Below, in pieces: positions 19,928 to 29,558 of a DNA stretch of 64,000 bases. Made by a program: the position numbers and the translations under genes. The notes below the pieces were generated by a model. It was given only the letters and a program-made list of their open reading frames with translations. It searched no databases and was not told the DNA's origin. The number at the start of each line of letters is the position of its first letter. Position 1 is the first letter of the stretch. The DNA lies in contig CAWEYU010000015.1 in NCBI GenBank assembly GCA_963813405.1, positions 37,124 to 101,123 on the forward strand, given 5' to 3'. The DNA is from an uncultured Bacteroidales bacterium (lineage in GTDB: Bacteria; Bacteroidota; Bacteroidia; Bacteroidales; VadinHA17).

Positions 19928-19943
19928 CCAAAAACCATGCCAA
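19928..19943 (-). promoter_or_regulatory. Putative sigma54 (-24/-12) promoter for the serpin
   Basis: TTGGCATGGTTTTTGG has GG-N10-GG spacing; the -12 dinucleotide deviates from the canonical GC. Confidence 0.5.
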
Positions 19944-19946
19944 TAT

Positions 19947-20423
19947 TTATTCCTTGCTGTAAAATGCTTCACGTCCGGGATACCTGAATTTTCTTACAGC
20001 CACCTCCTGTGGATAAATAAAATACTTTACTGAAGCTTCAGCACAAAGTTTTGACTGGCCATCATAGAGAAAACAGTTTATCGTGGCACTTTTCCCTGTC
20101 TGTTCTGCAATAGATGCTTTTAAAGTGACATTGCCTTTATTTAAGTAGACGGGGGAGAGGTATTTTGTTGTCATTTCAGATGTTACTCCTGCTGTTCCGA
20201 TCTTTACAGATACGCACCAGCCTCCTATCTCGTCAAGAAGGGAAGCTATTATTCCACCATGAAGAATATTCGGATAGCCCTGGTACGCCTCAGAAGGCTC
20301 CCATGTGGCATGCATAAACTCCTCGCTCTCCTCAAACTGCAGTTTTAATCCTGCTGAGTTTTTCTGACCGCATCCGAAGCACATGTTAAGCTCCTTATCG
20401 TAGGGATTTAGTATCTTCTTCAT
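19947..20423 (-). CDS. PaaI family hot-dog thioesterase
   Basis: CFGCG..N..GL and QGYPNILHGGIIASLLDE motifs. Confidence 0.88.
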   Translation of the reverse strand: MKKILNPYDKELNMCFGCGQKNSAGLKLQFEESEEFMHATWEPSEAYQGYPNILHGGIIASLLDEIGGWCVSVKIGTAGVTSEMTTKYLSPVYLNKGNVTLKASIAEQTGKSATINCFLYDGQSKLCAEASVKYFIYPQEVAVRKFRYPGREAFYSKE

Positions 20424-20980
20424 TTTAGATTTTTGTGTTTTGGTGAGGTTTGGATATAAGCTTTAAGATAGATATAAGAAATCAAAAAGAGCAGCATTCC
20501 GAATATAAGCAGTGTAACAAGTATTTCGACAGAAGGATTTTTAATGCCGGGTATTGGATGATGGATACGATAGATATATCCATAGACAGTGACAATCAAA
20601 ACCACAACTGAAATTGCGAGGCTGAAGATAATTGTTGTTCCGTCAAATATTCTTGTGGTTTTATAGAAATTGGTGGTTTTAAAACTATTATAGGAAGCTT
20701 TTGCATAGACATTTGCCCGATATCTCGACCTGTTTTGCCGGTATATTCTCCATTCCTCCATTGCCTTATTAAATGCCTCCTCATCTGAGGTAATCTTCTC
20801 ACGATAGGTAATCAGGAATTCGTAAGCTTCTGTTATCTTTATAAATATTTCTTTTGCTTCAGGCGAATGATTAAGATCCGGATGAAATGCGCGGGCTTTC
20901 TTCCTGTATGCTTTTTTAATCTCATCTACAGTTGATCCCTTCTCTAATCCCAGTATTTTAAAATAATCCGAAATGGTCAT
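20420..20980 (-). CDS. J-domain protein with two C-terminal TM helices
   Basis: DYFKILGL...IKKAYRKKARAFHPD...ITEAYEFL; likely start MTISDY at 20980. Confidence 0.85.
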   Translation of the reverse strand: MTISDYFKILGLEKGSTVDEIKKAYRKKARAFHPDLNHSPEAKEIFIKITEAYEFLITYREKITSDEEAFNKAMEEWRIYRQNRSRYRANVYAKASYNSFKTTNFYKTTRIFDGTTIIFSLAISVVVLIVTVYGYIYRIHHPIPGIKNPSVEILVTLLIFGMLLFLISYIYLKAYIQTSPKHKNLK

Positions 20981-21001
20981 CTTTTTCAGCTTTTGTTGCT
21001 C

Positions 21002-21041
21002 CCTGCTTTCCCTGCCTACTTGCAGGCAGGCGGCAGGCAGG
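21002..21041. repeat. Nested pair of 20-bp CCTGCCT...GCAGGCAGG palindromic REP-like elements
   Basis: cctgctttc[cctgcctacttgcaggcagg]cggcaggcagg. Confidence 0.7.
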
Positions 21042-21047
21042 CAAACT

Positions 21048-23153
21048 TTAACTAATGTTGCTCCATATTTGATTTTTAACAAACAGTGTAACCAGTTCTT
21101 TCTTTAGTATTCCATTCTCAGCGGAATCCAGTCCGGGATCTTTTGAGAGTATTTCGGTGGCGATATTTCTCACATATTCGATTATCTGACCATCTTTCGC
21201 AAGATTTGCAATTTTGAGATCAAAGGGAATGCCGCTTTGCTGAGTGCCTTCAAGATCACCGGGCCCTCTTAGCTGAAGATCGGTTTCAGCAATCTCAAAT
21301 CCATCAGTTGTTCTTGTCATTATTTCGATTCTTGCAGCAGCCTCTCTGGAAAGTTTCTCAGAGCTCATAAGAATACAATAGGATTGATCTGCACCTCTTC
21401 CGACACGCCCCCTTAACTGATGCAGCTGGGAGAGCCCGAATCTCTCAGCACTTTCTATGATCATTACGGAAGCATTTGGTATATCTACCCCAACCTCAAT
21501 AACAGTTGTAGCAATCATTATATGGGCCTGACCTTCCTTGAAAAGGGCCATTGAGCGTTCCTTGTTAGCAGAAGTCATTTTGCCATGAACCACACTTATG
21601 CAATATTCAGGTGGCGGAAATGCCCTTGATATCGTGTCAAGCCCTTCCTCAAGATCCTTATAATCCATTTTTTCAGATTCCTTGATAAGTGGATATACAA
21701 TATATATCTGACGACCCTCGTTTATCTGTCTTCTTATAAATCCAAAAACTTTATTTCTTTCAGGATCAGTAAAATGCATAGTCTTAACAGGGATTCTTCC
21801 GGGAGGCAGTTCATCTATGACAGAGACATCCAGATCTCCGTAAAGGGTCATTGCAAGAGTCCGGGGAATAGGGGTAGCTGTCATTACCAGAATATGTGGA
21901 GGATGGCTGCTCTTCTGCCAGAGTCTTGCCCTTTGTGCAACTCCAAATCTGTGTTGTTCATCAATGATTACAAGTCCAAGTTTGCTGAAAGCTATATTAT
22001 CCTCAATCAGGGCATGCGTTCCGATAAGTATATTTAAAGTACCTTCAGCCAGTGTGCTGACAATAGAGTTTCGTTCACTCTTTTTTGTCGAACCCGTCAG
22101 CAACCGGACATTAATGTCAATACCGGAGAGCAATTTGGAAATAGTCTGAAAATGCTGACCGGCAAGGATTTCAGTTGGGGCCATTAGACATGACTGGTAC
22201 CCGTTATCAACGGCGATCAGCGTCCCCATTAGGGCAACAAGGGTCTTGCCACTTCCGACATCTCCCTGGAGCAGCCGGTTCATTTGTTTTCCTGAACCAA
22301 GATCTTTCCTGATCTCCTTAATGACTCTTTTCTGTGCCTCCGTCAGCTGAAAGGGGAGATTTTTAAAATAAAATTTGTTGAAATTCTCACCAACTGTGTG
22401 GAAAACAAAGCCTTTTAACTGATTGTTCCTGTTTACTTTATATCTTAAAAGATTCAGCTGGATATAAAAAAGCTCTTCAAATTTAAGCCTGTATCTTGCT
22501 TTTTCAAGTTCAGCAGGATTGGAGGGAAAATGTATTTTATGCAAGGCATCATGAAGAGGCATCAGGTTATATTTTGATGTCAGATATAATGGCAGGGTTT
22601 CAGGAATCCGGAAATTTATCTGTTTCAGAAGGGTCCCCAGGAGTTTGCTTATTACCTTTGAAGTGACAAAACTATTCTTAAGCTTTTCTGTAGTACCATA
22701 TTGTGCCTGCAATGCAGAATTGAGTCTTTCAGCTTTCTTTTCAACGGCTTCAATTTCGGGATGTACAATATTCATCATTCCATTGAAGATCCCAGGCTTC
22801 CCGAAGATAATGAACTCATTACCTGCAGGATAACTGCTTGTTATCCATTTGATCCCTTTGAACCAGATAAGTTTTATGCTTCCTGTATCATCCGTAAAAT
22901 CTGCTACAAGTCTCTTTCCTGCACCTCTCCCTTCTGTATAATAACCACTTATAATTCCTTTAATCTGCACCAATGGAAGATCCTGATCAAGTTCATTGAT
23001 TTTATAAAACCTTGTCCGGTCGATATATTTATAGGGAAAATAATAAAGAAGATTCTTGAAGGTGTTAATATTCAACTCTTTGGCAAGAAGCTCAGCCCTT
23101 TTTGGACCAACTCCCTTCAGATATGTTATATTAGATTCCAGGAAATCAACCAT
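21048..23153 (-). CDS. recG: ATP-dependent DNA helicase RecG
   Basis: LKGVGPKRA, QGDVGSGKT, DEQHRFGV, MTATPIPRT, and QLHQLRGRVGRG motifs. Confidence 0.98.
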   Translation of the reverse strand: MVDFLESNITYLKGVGPKRAELLAKELNINTFKNLLYYFPYKYIDRTRFYKINELDQDLPLVQIKGIISGYYTEGRGAGKRLVADFTDDTGSIKLIWFKGIKWITSSYPAGNEFIIFGKPGIFNGMMNIVHPEIEAVEKKAERLNSALQAQYGTTEKLKNSFVTSKVISKLLGTLLKQINFRIPETLPLYLTSKYNLMPLHDALHKIHFPSNPAELEKARYRLKFEELFYIQLNLLRYKVNRNNQLKGFVFHTVGENFNKFYFKNLPFQLTEAQKRVIKEIRKDLGSGKQMNRLLQGDVGSGKTLVALMGTLIAVDNGYQSCLMAPTEILAGQHFQTISKLLSGIDINVRLLTGSTKKSERNSIVSTLAEGTLNILIGTHALIEDNIAFSKLGLVIIDEQHRFGVAQRARLWQKSSHPPHILVMTATPIPRTLAMTLYGDLDVSVIDELPPGRIPVKTMHFTDPERNKVFGFIRRQINEGRQIYIVYPLIKESEKMDYKDLEEGLDTISRAFPPPEYCISVVHGKMTSANKERSMALFKEGQAHIMIATTVIEVGVDIPNASVMIIESAERFGLSQLHQLRGRVGRGADQSYCILMSSEKLSREAAARIEIMTRTTDGFEIAETDLQLRGPGDLEGTQQSGIPFDLKIANLAKDGQIIEYVRNIATEILSKDPGLDSAENGILKKELVTLFVKNQIWSNIS

Positions 23154-23259
23154 ATCAATTCCCGATCCGCTTTTAATAAATGCTGACCGAAATTAACTAT
23201 TTTTGAATACCTTACCTAACATAATGGTAATTCAATTGAAAGTCATTATTTGTATCAGG

Positions 23260-24048
23260 ATGAAGGTATATAGAATAATTAAATATCTTAAATACATTTT
23301 TTTCTCTTCACATAAGAGGGGACACGGAATTCATTCTCCCTTCGTTTTCAACATTGTGTTAAAAGTTTTCCGGAATAAAACCAGTTCAGATATTGTCTTT
23401 AAAATAGAATCAATAAGAAAGAGACTTATTTCTGATACAAGGATAATTGAAATAACAGACTTTGGTACAGGATCAGAAGTGAGAAAAGGAAAAATAAGAA
23501 GAGTGTCAGAGATAGTGAGATGTTCATCAATTCAAGAGAAATACGGAAAATTACTATCCGGATTAGCGGCCGAGTTTGGAAAGACAGCCATAATAGAATT
23601 TGGGACATCATTTGGAATAAGCACGATGTATATGGCTGCTGGTAACAGAGCTGCAATTGTTTATACAATGGAAGGATCTCATGAAATCTCAGAAATTGCA
23701 AAAGAAAATTTTGTTGAGGCCGGACTAACGAATATCAATATATTAGAGGGTCAATTTGAGACACTCCTCCCTGAATTAGAGGAGAAAAGAATTAATCCCG
23801 GGCTCGTTTTTATAGATGGAAATCACAGAAAATTGGCAACTATTGAGTATTTTACAAGGCTGATTGACTTAACAGATGAGAATAGTGTGATAGTTATCGA
23901 TGATATTTATTACTCTTCAGAGATGGGGGAGGCCTGGAAGGAGATAAAGGAAAATAAAAGGGTTAGTTTTACCATTGATATTTACAGAATGGGTTTAGTC
24001 TTCTTCCGGCAGGGGATGACCCGGAATGATTATATTATCAGATATTAA
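23260..24048 (+). CDS. Class I SAM-dependent (O-)methyltransferase
   Basis: GHGIHSPFVF, EFGTSFGIST, FIDGNH, and DDIYYS motifs; likely start 23260. Confidence 0.85.
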   Translation: MKVYRIIKYLKYIFFSSHKRGHGIHSPFVFNIVLKVFRNKTSSDIVFKIESIRKRLISDTRIIEITDFGTGSEVRKGKIRRVSEIVRCSSIQEKYGKLLSGLAAEFGKTAIIEFGTSFGISTMYMAAGNRAAIVYTMEGSHEISEIAKENFVEAGLTNINILEGQFETLLPELEEKRINPGLVFIDGNHRKLATIEYFTRLIDLTDENSVIVIDDIYYSSEMGEAWKEIKENKRVSFTIDIYRMGLVFFRQGMTRNDYIIRY

Positions 24049-24119
24049 CAAAAATTAATATTTATATATTTATTATTTAATTTAATTAGTCTAATTTCGA
24101 AAACTCAAATTCTAACATT

Positions 24120-24821
24120 ATGGACAAAGTAATTGATATTAAAGATATCGTTAAGAATTATCAGGTAGGATCTGTGATTGTAAGAGCATTAAGATCACTA
24201 TCCGTATCTATTGAAAGAAATGAATATGTTGCCATTATGGGACCATCAGGTTCCGGAAAATCAACGCTTATGAACCTTATAGGGTGTCTTGATACACCTA
24301 CTGCGGGATCTTACAACCTCAATGGGACTGATGTAAGCAAAATGGAAGATAATATGCTTGCTGAGATAAGGAACAAGGAAATCGGATTTATTTTTCAGAC
24401 TTTTAACCTCTTACCCAGATATACCGCTCTTGAAAATGTCACATTGCCGTTGATTTATGCAGGCTTTCCAAGAGTAGAAAGAGAAAAAATGGCAGTTGAG
24501 ACCCTCGAGCAGGTCGGTCTTGCCGACCGTATGACTCATAAACCAAATGAATTGTCGGGAGGACAGAGGCAGCGTGTTGCAATTGCACGTGCCCTCGTTA
24601 ACAAACCTTCTATAATCCTTGCTGATGAGCCGACCGGTAACCTGGATAGTAAGACTTCTATTGATATTATGAACCTTCTCGATGAGATACATAAAAATGG
24701 GAATACAGTAATTGTAGTTACCCATGAGGAGGATATTGCAAGGCATGCTGCCCGCATAATTAAGCTTATCGACGGGGAGGTAGCTACTGACCTGTTTAAT
24801 GAAAGATATAAGAAATACTAG
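24120..24821 (+). CDS. ABC transporter ATP-binding protein (LolD/MacB-like)
   Basis: [23 protein letters not shown], and ADEPTGNLD motifs. Confidence 0.93.
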   Translation: MDKVIDIKDIVKNYQVGSVIVRALRSLSVSIERNEYVAIMGPSGSGKSTLMNLIGCLDTPTAGSYNLNGTDVSKMEDNMLAEIRNKEIGFIFQTFNLLPRYTALENVTLPLIYAGFPRVEREKMAVETLEQVGLADRMTHKPNELSGGQRQRVAIARALVNKPSIILADEPTGNLDSKTSIDIMNLLDEIHKNGNTVIVVTHEEDIARHAARIIKLIDGEVATDLFNERYKKY

Positions 24822-24873
24822 TTACCCGGAATAGATTCTTTATCTTTACCTTTATTCACCACTTTCCTGAATT

Positions 24874-25416
24874 ATGAAAATCTACACCCTTACAGGTGAT
24901 GATGGAACTACCTCTTTATCAGGAGGCAAGCGTCTGCAAAAGTATAATGTACGTGTTGAAGCATACGGATCAGTTGATGAGCTGATCGCATGGATCGGGC
25001 TACTAAGAAGTCAGCATGAAAACGGTAAAAGGAAAGATTTTCTTATTTTTATTCAAGACCAGCTTATGGCATTAGCTGCTGCACTTGCTTCAGATCCTGA
25101 AAATCCGGAAAGTACTTCCATGATCCCCAGGATGGATTGCGTGGAAAGCGTTGAAGCCGAGATAGACAAAATGGAGAGTGAACTGCCCACGATCAGTTCA
25201 TTTGTATTGCCGGGGGGGAATATTATAGTGTCTCATTGTCATATTGCCAGATGTGTTTGCAGACGGGCAGAAAGGTCAGTTGCAAAGTTGAAAGAGACGG
25301 AATATACTCCGGAAATCGTTCTCAAATTCTTAAACAGACTTTCAGATTATTTATTCGTTTTGAGTAGAAAACTGAGTTTTGAGCTTGATAATGAAGAGAT
25401 TAAGTGGCCATTATGA
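24874..25416 (+). CDS. pduO: PduO-type cob(I)alamin adenosyltransferase
   Basis: MKIYTLTGDDGTTSL, YGSVDEL, RRAER, and LNRLSDYLF motifs. Confidence 0.92.
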   Translation: MKIYTLTGDDGTTSLSGGKRLQKYNVRVEAYGSVDELIAWIGLLRSQHENGKRKDFLIFIQDQLMALAAALASDPENPESTSMIPRMDCVESVEAEIDKMESELPTISSFVLPGGNIIVSHCHIARCVCRRAERSVAKLKETEYTPEIVLKFLNRLSDYLFVLSRKLSFELDNEEIKWPL

Positions 25417-25442
25417 TATGTTAAATTTCTTAAAAACCTCTA

Positions 25443-25474
25443 TTGCTTTTTCAATTAAATAATTTTTATATTTG
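25443..25474 (+). promoter_or_regulatory. -33/-7 promoter for the DUF2795 gene
   Basis: TTG-N21-TATATTTG. Confidence 0.6.
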
Positions 25475-25512
25475 CAGACTTTGAATAGAGACTAAACAAT
25501 TTTAGGGAGACT

Positions 25513-25734
25513 ATGTATTGGACACTTGAATTAGCATCAAAACTTGAAGATGCTCCTTGGCCGGCTACGAAGGATGAACTAATTGACTATGCCATAAGGT
25601 CAGGTGCTCCACTTGAAGTAATTGAGAACCTCCAGGAGATTGAGGATGAGGGCGATATCTACGAAAGCATTGAGGATATCTGGCCGGATTATCCGAGCAA
25701 GGATGATTTCTTCTTTAATGAGGATGAATATTGA
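25513..25734 (+). CDS. DUF2795 family small acidic protein
   Basis: MYWTLELASKLEDAPWPATKDELIDYAIRSGAP, a highly conserved Bacteroidota sequence. Confidence 0.92.
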   Translation: MYWTLELASKLEDAPWPATKDELIDYAIRSGAPLEVIENLQEIEDEGDIYESIEDIWPDYPSKDDFFFNEDEY

Positions 25735-25736
25735 TT

Positions 25737-25764
25737 GTTGGGACCGGTAGTGACCCATCCCTTC
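25737..25764. repeat. Degenerate copy of the 28-bp GTAG-type palindrome
   Basis: gttgggaccggtagtgacccatcccttc matches 58131-58158 at 21/28 positions; lies between convergent stop codons. Confidence 0.6.
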
Positions 25765-25766
25765 GT

Positions 25767-27368
25767 TTATTCCCTGAATATATCCAATTTATTCTTTGGT
25801 CTGATCTCTCCCTGCCATTTAAATCCAGGAAGCCGTTGTTTATCAATCTCTTTCAACGGCGGATTAAGAAGCCCCTCGGGATTCTGGTATTCATCTATTT
25901 CCCCGATTTTCCCGTTATCGACAAAGATCTCCATACTTGAACTCTTTGCACGGTTCCAGCCGATCTGACCCTCCTTATCAACAAGAAAATAGATTGACTC
26001 GCCATTCCCGTCTATCCTCAATTTATAGAGTTTATTGTTCCTGAAAAAACCCTTCATGTTTCTGCCTTTGATCTGATTGTATCTTATCGAATCAACAAGA
26101 CTTGCAATAAAGGCAGAATTATAAAGTTCCATCACATCCGCCTGACGGTTTTTGGTAAATATCGCTATCGAGTCAGAAGTCATCTGGTTTTCTTCCGACC
26201 AAAGAACCGGTTCCCTGTATAACCTTATCACTGAATCCTGAAACGAATATGAGAGTGAATCGCATTTTGCCTGAAGACCCTTGCTGAATATCCGGCATTT
26301 ATGAAAAGCCCTCATAAGTCTGAATGAATTTTTTGATGTATCAGAAGTTACAACTTTTAATGGAACTGAAACTGCGCTAATTGTATCTGCATGTAAAAAG
26401 AGAGAATCTTCCTTTGATACCTGGATAAATACCGCGCTGTCGGTAACCAGGAACCTCTCGGGATTTTTATAATACCAGGCATAGTTACCCACTACCAGAA
26501 CATCATAGGATGTGTCAGAAATAGTGATATTTCTGAACGCTTCACCATAACCGATTTTATTATTAAAAAATAATGAATCGCCTTTTACTATCTGTTTCCC
26601 GTTATCAATATATGATCTCTTCCAGACGGAGGTAACATCTTTTTTTGTGTCATACCAGCCTTTTTCACAATATAAATATATACTGTCGCCTTTAACCTTC
26701 GAAGGACCGGTAAAGAATGCTGTCTCAGTTTCGGTGTTGTAATCCATTGTATCTGCAGTCATTACGTAATCGGGATTTACAATTTTGACGCTGTCTTTAA
26801 AATGGAACATCTTTTTTGAGACATAATAGAATCCGATTATACTTGTAAGAGTATTTTTTGCATTAATGATTTTGCCGCTGTCGGTATAATTGGCAATTCT
26901 ATCTTTCACATTATAATGTAAGGTTTTTGTATAAAGATGGGTCTCTTTGTCAATCAGTTCAACCTTCCCTGTTACCAATGCCTTTCCTTCAACGCCGTCA
27001 TATTGAAGATAATTGCCATAGAGATCCAGGGTATCTCCCTGTTTTATATGGACTTTGCTAAAAGCCAGCACCTTTTTGGTTGCAGCATAGTGATGTGCAC
27101 TGTCGCAGAACATCAGCACATTATTGTCTCTGTCTCTGAGTGAAACATGACCAAGCAGTCTTTTAAAATCACCTCCATAGTTTTCATCCCGCCCCAGGCT
27201 GTCGCAATGGATCAGTTCGATTAATCGTCTGGGTTTCTTATTTTTATCCTGGCTGGTTGCCTGGGAAAAAACAAATGTTGGGAAAAACAGGATTATCAGA
27301 GCACAGATAAAAATTTGTCTGAAACGGAAAAAAGGTTGTACCTGTCTTAGAAGGTCTATTTCAGCCAT
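25767..27368 (-). CDS. OstA/LptA-like beta-jellyroll envelope protein
   Basis: Repeated CDS/GDT/ADT strands (MFCDSA, QGDTL, LHADT, KCDSL); located downstream of surA; start uncertain. Confidence 0.8.
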   Translation of the reverse strand: MAEIDLLRQVQPFFRFRQIFICALIILFFPTFVFSQATSQDKNKKPRRLIELIHCDSLGRDENYGGDFKRLLGHVSLRDRDNNVLMFCDSAHHYAATKKVLAFSKVHIKQGDTLDLYGNYLQYDGVEGKALVTGKVELIDKETHLYTKTLHYNVKDRIANYTDSGKIINAKNTLTSIIGFYYVSKKMFHFKDSVKIVNPDYVMTADTMDYNTETETAFFTGPSKVKGDSIYLYCEKGWYDTKKDVTSVWKRSYIDNGKQIVKGDSLFFNNKIGYGEAFRNITISDTSYDVLVVGNYAWYYKNPERFLVTDSAVFIQVSKEDSLFLHADTISAVSVPLKVVTSDTSKNSFRLMRAFHKCRIFSKGLQAKCDSLSYSFQDSVIRLYREPVLWSEENQMTSDSIAIFTKNRQADVMELYNSAFIASLVDSIRYNQIKGRNMKGFFRNNKLYKLRIDGNGESIYFLVDKEGQIGWNRAKSSSMEIFVDNGKIGEIDEYQNPEGLLNPPLKEIDKQRLPGFKWQGEIRPKNKLDIFRE

Positions 27369-28708
27369 CCTTTGTTTTGAAACTCGCATGATTTGAATTC
27401 ATCACTAATCTTGATATATGTGATACCGATTTTTTTGTTTATCCATTGCTGGTAGGTTTTGGACCGTTTGTTCATAAGAGCTGCGTTATATAGTTCCTGA
27501 TAATCATTCTTCAGGTCGATAACATGTGCAGGCATCTGATTATCAAGCTTTACGATGCGGAAGACAGTATTTCCATTCTCATCTTTAGTCCTGAAAGGTT
27601 TGGAGATCTCGCCTACTTTCATATCCCGTACAAACGTATAGGTTTCCCTGTCCAGTTCATCAAGTTTATGCCATGTATCCCTGGAAGCGGGAATAACAAG
27701 TTTTCCGCCGTTTATTCTGCTGTCTTTATGACTCGAAAAGATCATTGCGGCTTTTGCAAAGGTAATGCTGTCCTTTCTGATCTTATTTGCAATACTATCA
27801 AGTTTATTTATTGCTTTTACAGCGTCTTCCGGCGTAACTTTTGACCTGATAAGGATGTGACGTGAATTGACCATATCGTTTTTACGGTCAATCATCTGAA
27901 TAATATGAAAACCGTTCTTTGTTTCAATGATTTTAGAGACTGTGTTTTTATTAAGGCTAAAGAGAGCATCGGCATATTCTTTTTCAACCTCGCCTCTGGT
28001 AACAAATCCTATTTCTCCGCCCTGCTTTGCAGATTCAAGGTCTTCCGAATAGAGAATTGCGAGTGTCGAAAAACTCTCTCCCGCAAGTATTCTGCTTCTC
28101 AGTTCGAGAAGTCTCTGACGGGCAGCCAGCTTGTTCTCCTCACTTGCTGGAGGATCCAGCTGAATTATACTCAATTGGACTCTTGCAGGAACCAGAGGCA
28201 GACTATCTTTCGGAATTTCCTGAAAGTATCTTTTTACGTCCTCAGGAGTTACTTTAATATTTTCCGCTACCTTTTGCTGGACCTGCCTTTCAATCTCCTG
28301 ATTTACAAGACTCTTAGTCAGGTCCATCTTTATTTCGATCATGCTCTTTTTGAAATAATCTTCCAGGGCTTTCTCTGATCCGATCATCCTGATGTAATTG
28401 TTGAGCGTCAAATTAAGTTCAGCCTCTACCGCTGATTCCTTCACAATTATACTGTCAATCCTTGCCTGGTCGAGAAATAGTTTTTGAATAAGTAAACTCT
28501 CAAATATTTTACATCTTAAGGTCTCAACCGAGGATCTGTCACCCTGACTTCTTTGCTGAGCGACCCCACCCTCGACATCTGAAAGAAAAATAACCTCATT
28601 TCCCACAATACCGGCAACCGATTCAACCAGTTGCTGAGAAAGCAGCACATTATTGATGAAGAAGAACATAATCACCGGTAATACAATCAAACTTTGATTT
28701 TTTTTCAT
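27356..28708 (-). CDS. surA: SurA-like parvulin peptidyl-prolyl isomerase
   Basis: VAGIVGNEVIFLSDV and FSTLAILYSED.ESAKQGGEIG...GFHIIQ motifs. Confidence 0.85.
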   Translation of the reverse strand: MKKNQSLIVLPVIMFFFINNVLLSQQLVESVAGIVGNEVIFLSDVEGGVAQQRSQGDRSSVETLRCKIFESLLIQKLFLDQARIDSIIVKESAVEAELNLTLNNYIRMIGSEKALEDYFKKSMIEIKMDLTKSLVNQEIERQVQQKVAENIKVTPEDVKRYFQEIPKDSLPLVPARVQLSIIQLDPPASEENKLAARQRLLELRSRILAGESFSTLAILYSEDLESAKQGGEIGFVTRGEVEKEYADALFSLNKNTVSKIIETKNGFHIIQMIDRKNDMVNSRHILIRSKVTPEDAVKAINKLDSIANKIRKDSITFAKAAMIFSSHKDSRINGGKLVIPASRDTWHKLDELDRETYTFVRDMKVGEISKPFRTKDENGNTVFRIVKLDNQMPAHVIDLKNDYQELYNAALMNKRSKTYQQWINKKIGITYIKISDEFKSCEFQNKGWLK

Positions 28709-28709
28709 T

Positions 28710-29558
28710 TTAGAATATCTTAAAGGTATTTGCTTTTATAGCTTCGTTATAAATTCCATTTTCAAGGGACTGAAGGAATTGGAATCTCCTGTTATTTAAA
28801 ATAATGCTTTTAATATCATTTTTAACATAATCGAATGGTGCCAGGGCAGATCTCTGTCTGTAATCCCTGATAGTTATCATATACAGAGAAGATGAATCAC
28901 TTGTTTCATACCATCTGTTTCTCCTTAAGAATTCCTCCTGATTCACGATATCCTGTGGAAGCTCCACCGAAAGTTTGTCCATTGTAACCCACTCTTCATT
29001 AAAATCGTCAAATTTTTCGGCGAACTGGTAGCAATAGCTTTCGAGCTGCTGCAGATCCTTTTGTTCGTTGGACCTGGCCCATACTCTGATTTTGTCTACT
29101 GAAGGAGTTTCAACAGGCACTTTTATAAAAAGCGCCTTCACAATATTGGAATTCAGAAGAAAGCTCTTTTGATTAGCTGCATAGTAGCTTTCCATCTCTT
29201 CATCGGTTATTGTTGTGTCCATCTTTTCCAGCATCATCTGTCGCTGATACTGGTAGATTACCAGATTGGACCTGGTCTCTTCCAGTTGTCTTTCTATTTC
29301 ATTTTTAAATTCCGGAGTAAGGTTTTGTTCTGCTTTGATAAGTAGCAGTTCTTTCTTTGCCCATTTGTTAATATAACTCTGAATAATTGCCATGCTATCC
29401 TGTTTAGAAATATCTGGCTGGAGAAGTTTAGGAACCTCATCATAGTATAGAATGACATCACCAACTTTTGCAAGTGCAATCCGCCTTACCTGTTCAGATT
29501 TGTTCTTACAGGCGGAAAACAATAGAGTAATTAACAGAATGATGCAGGTTTTATTCAT
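28710..29558 (-). CDS. PPIase-associated chaperone-like lipoprotein
   Basis: Lipobox FSAC; ALAKVGD..LY and INKWAKKELL motifs; sits between two PPIase genes. Confidence 0.7.
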   Translation of the reverse strand: MNKTCIILLITLLFSACKNKSEQVRRIALAKVGDVILYYDEVPKLLQPDISKQDSMAIIQSYINKWAKKELLLIKAEQNLTPEFKNEIERQLEETRSNLVIYQYQRQMMLEKMDTTITDEEMESYYAANQKSFLLNSNIVKALFIKVPVETPSVDKIRVWARSNEQKDLQQLESYCYQFAEKFDDFNEEWVTMDKLSVELPQDIVNQEEFLRRNRWYETSDSSSLYMITIRDYRQRSALAPFDYVKNDIKSIILNNRRFQFLQSLENGIYNEAIKANTFKIF

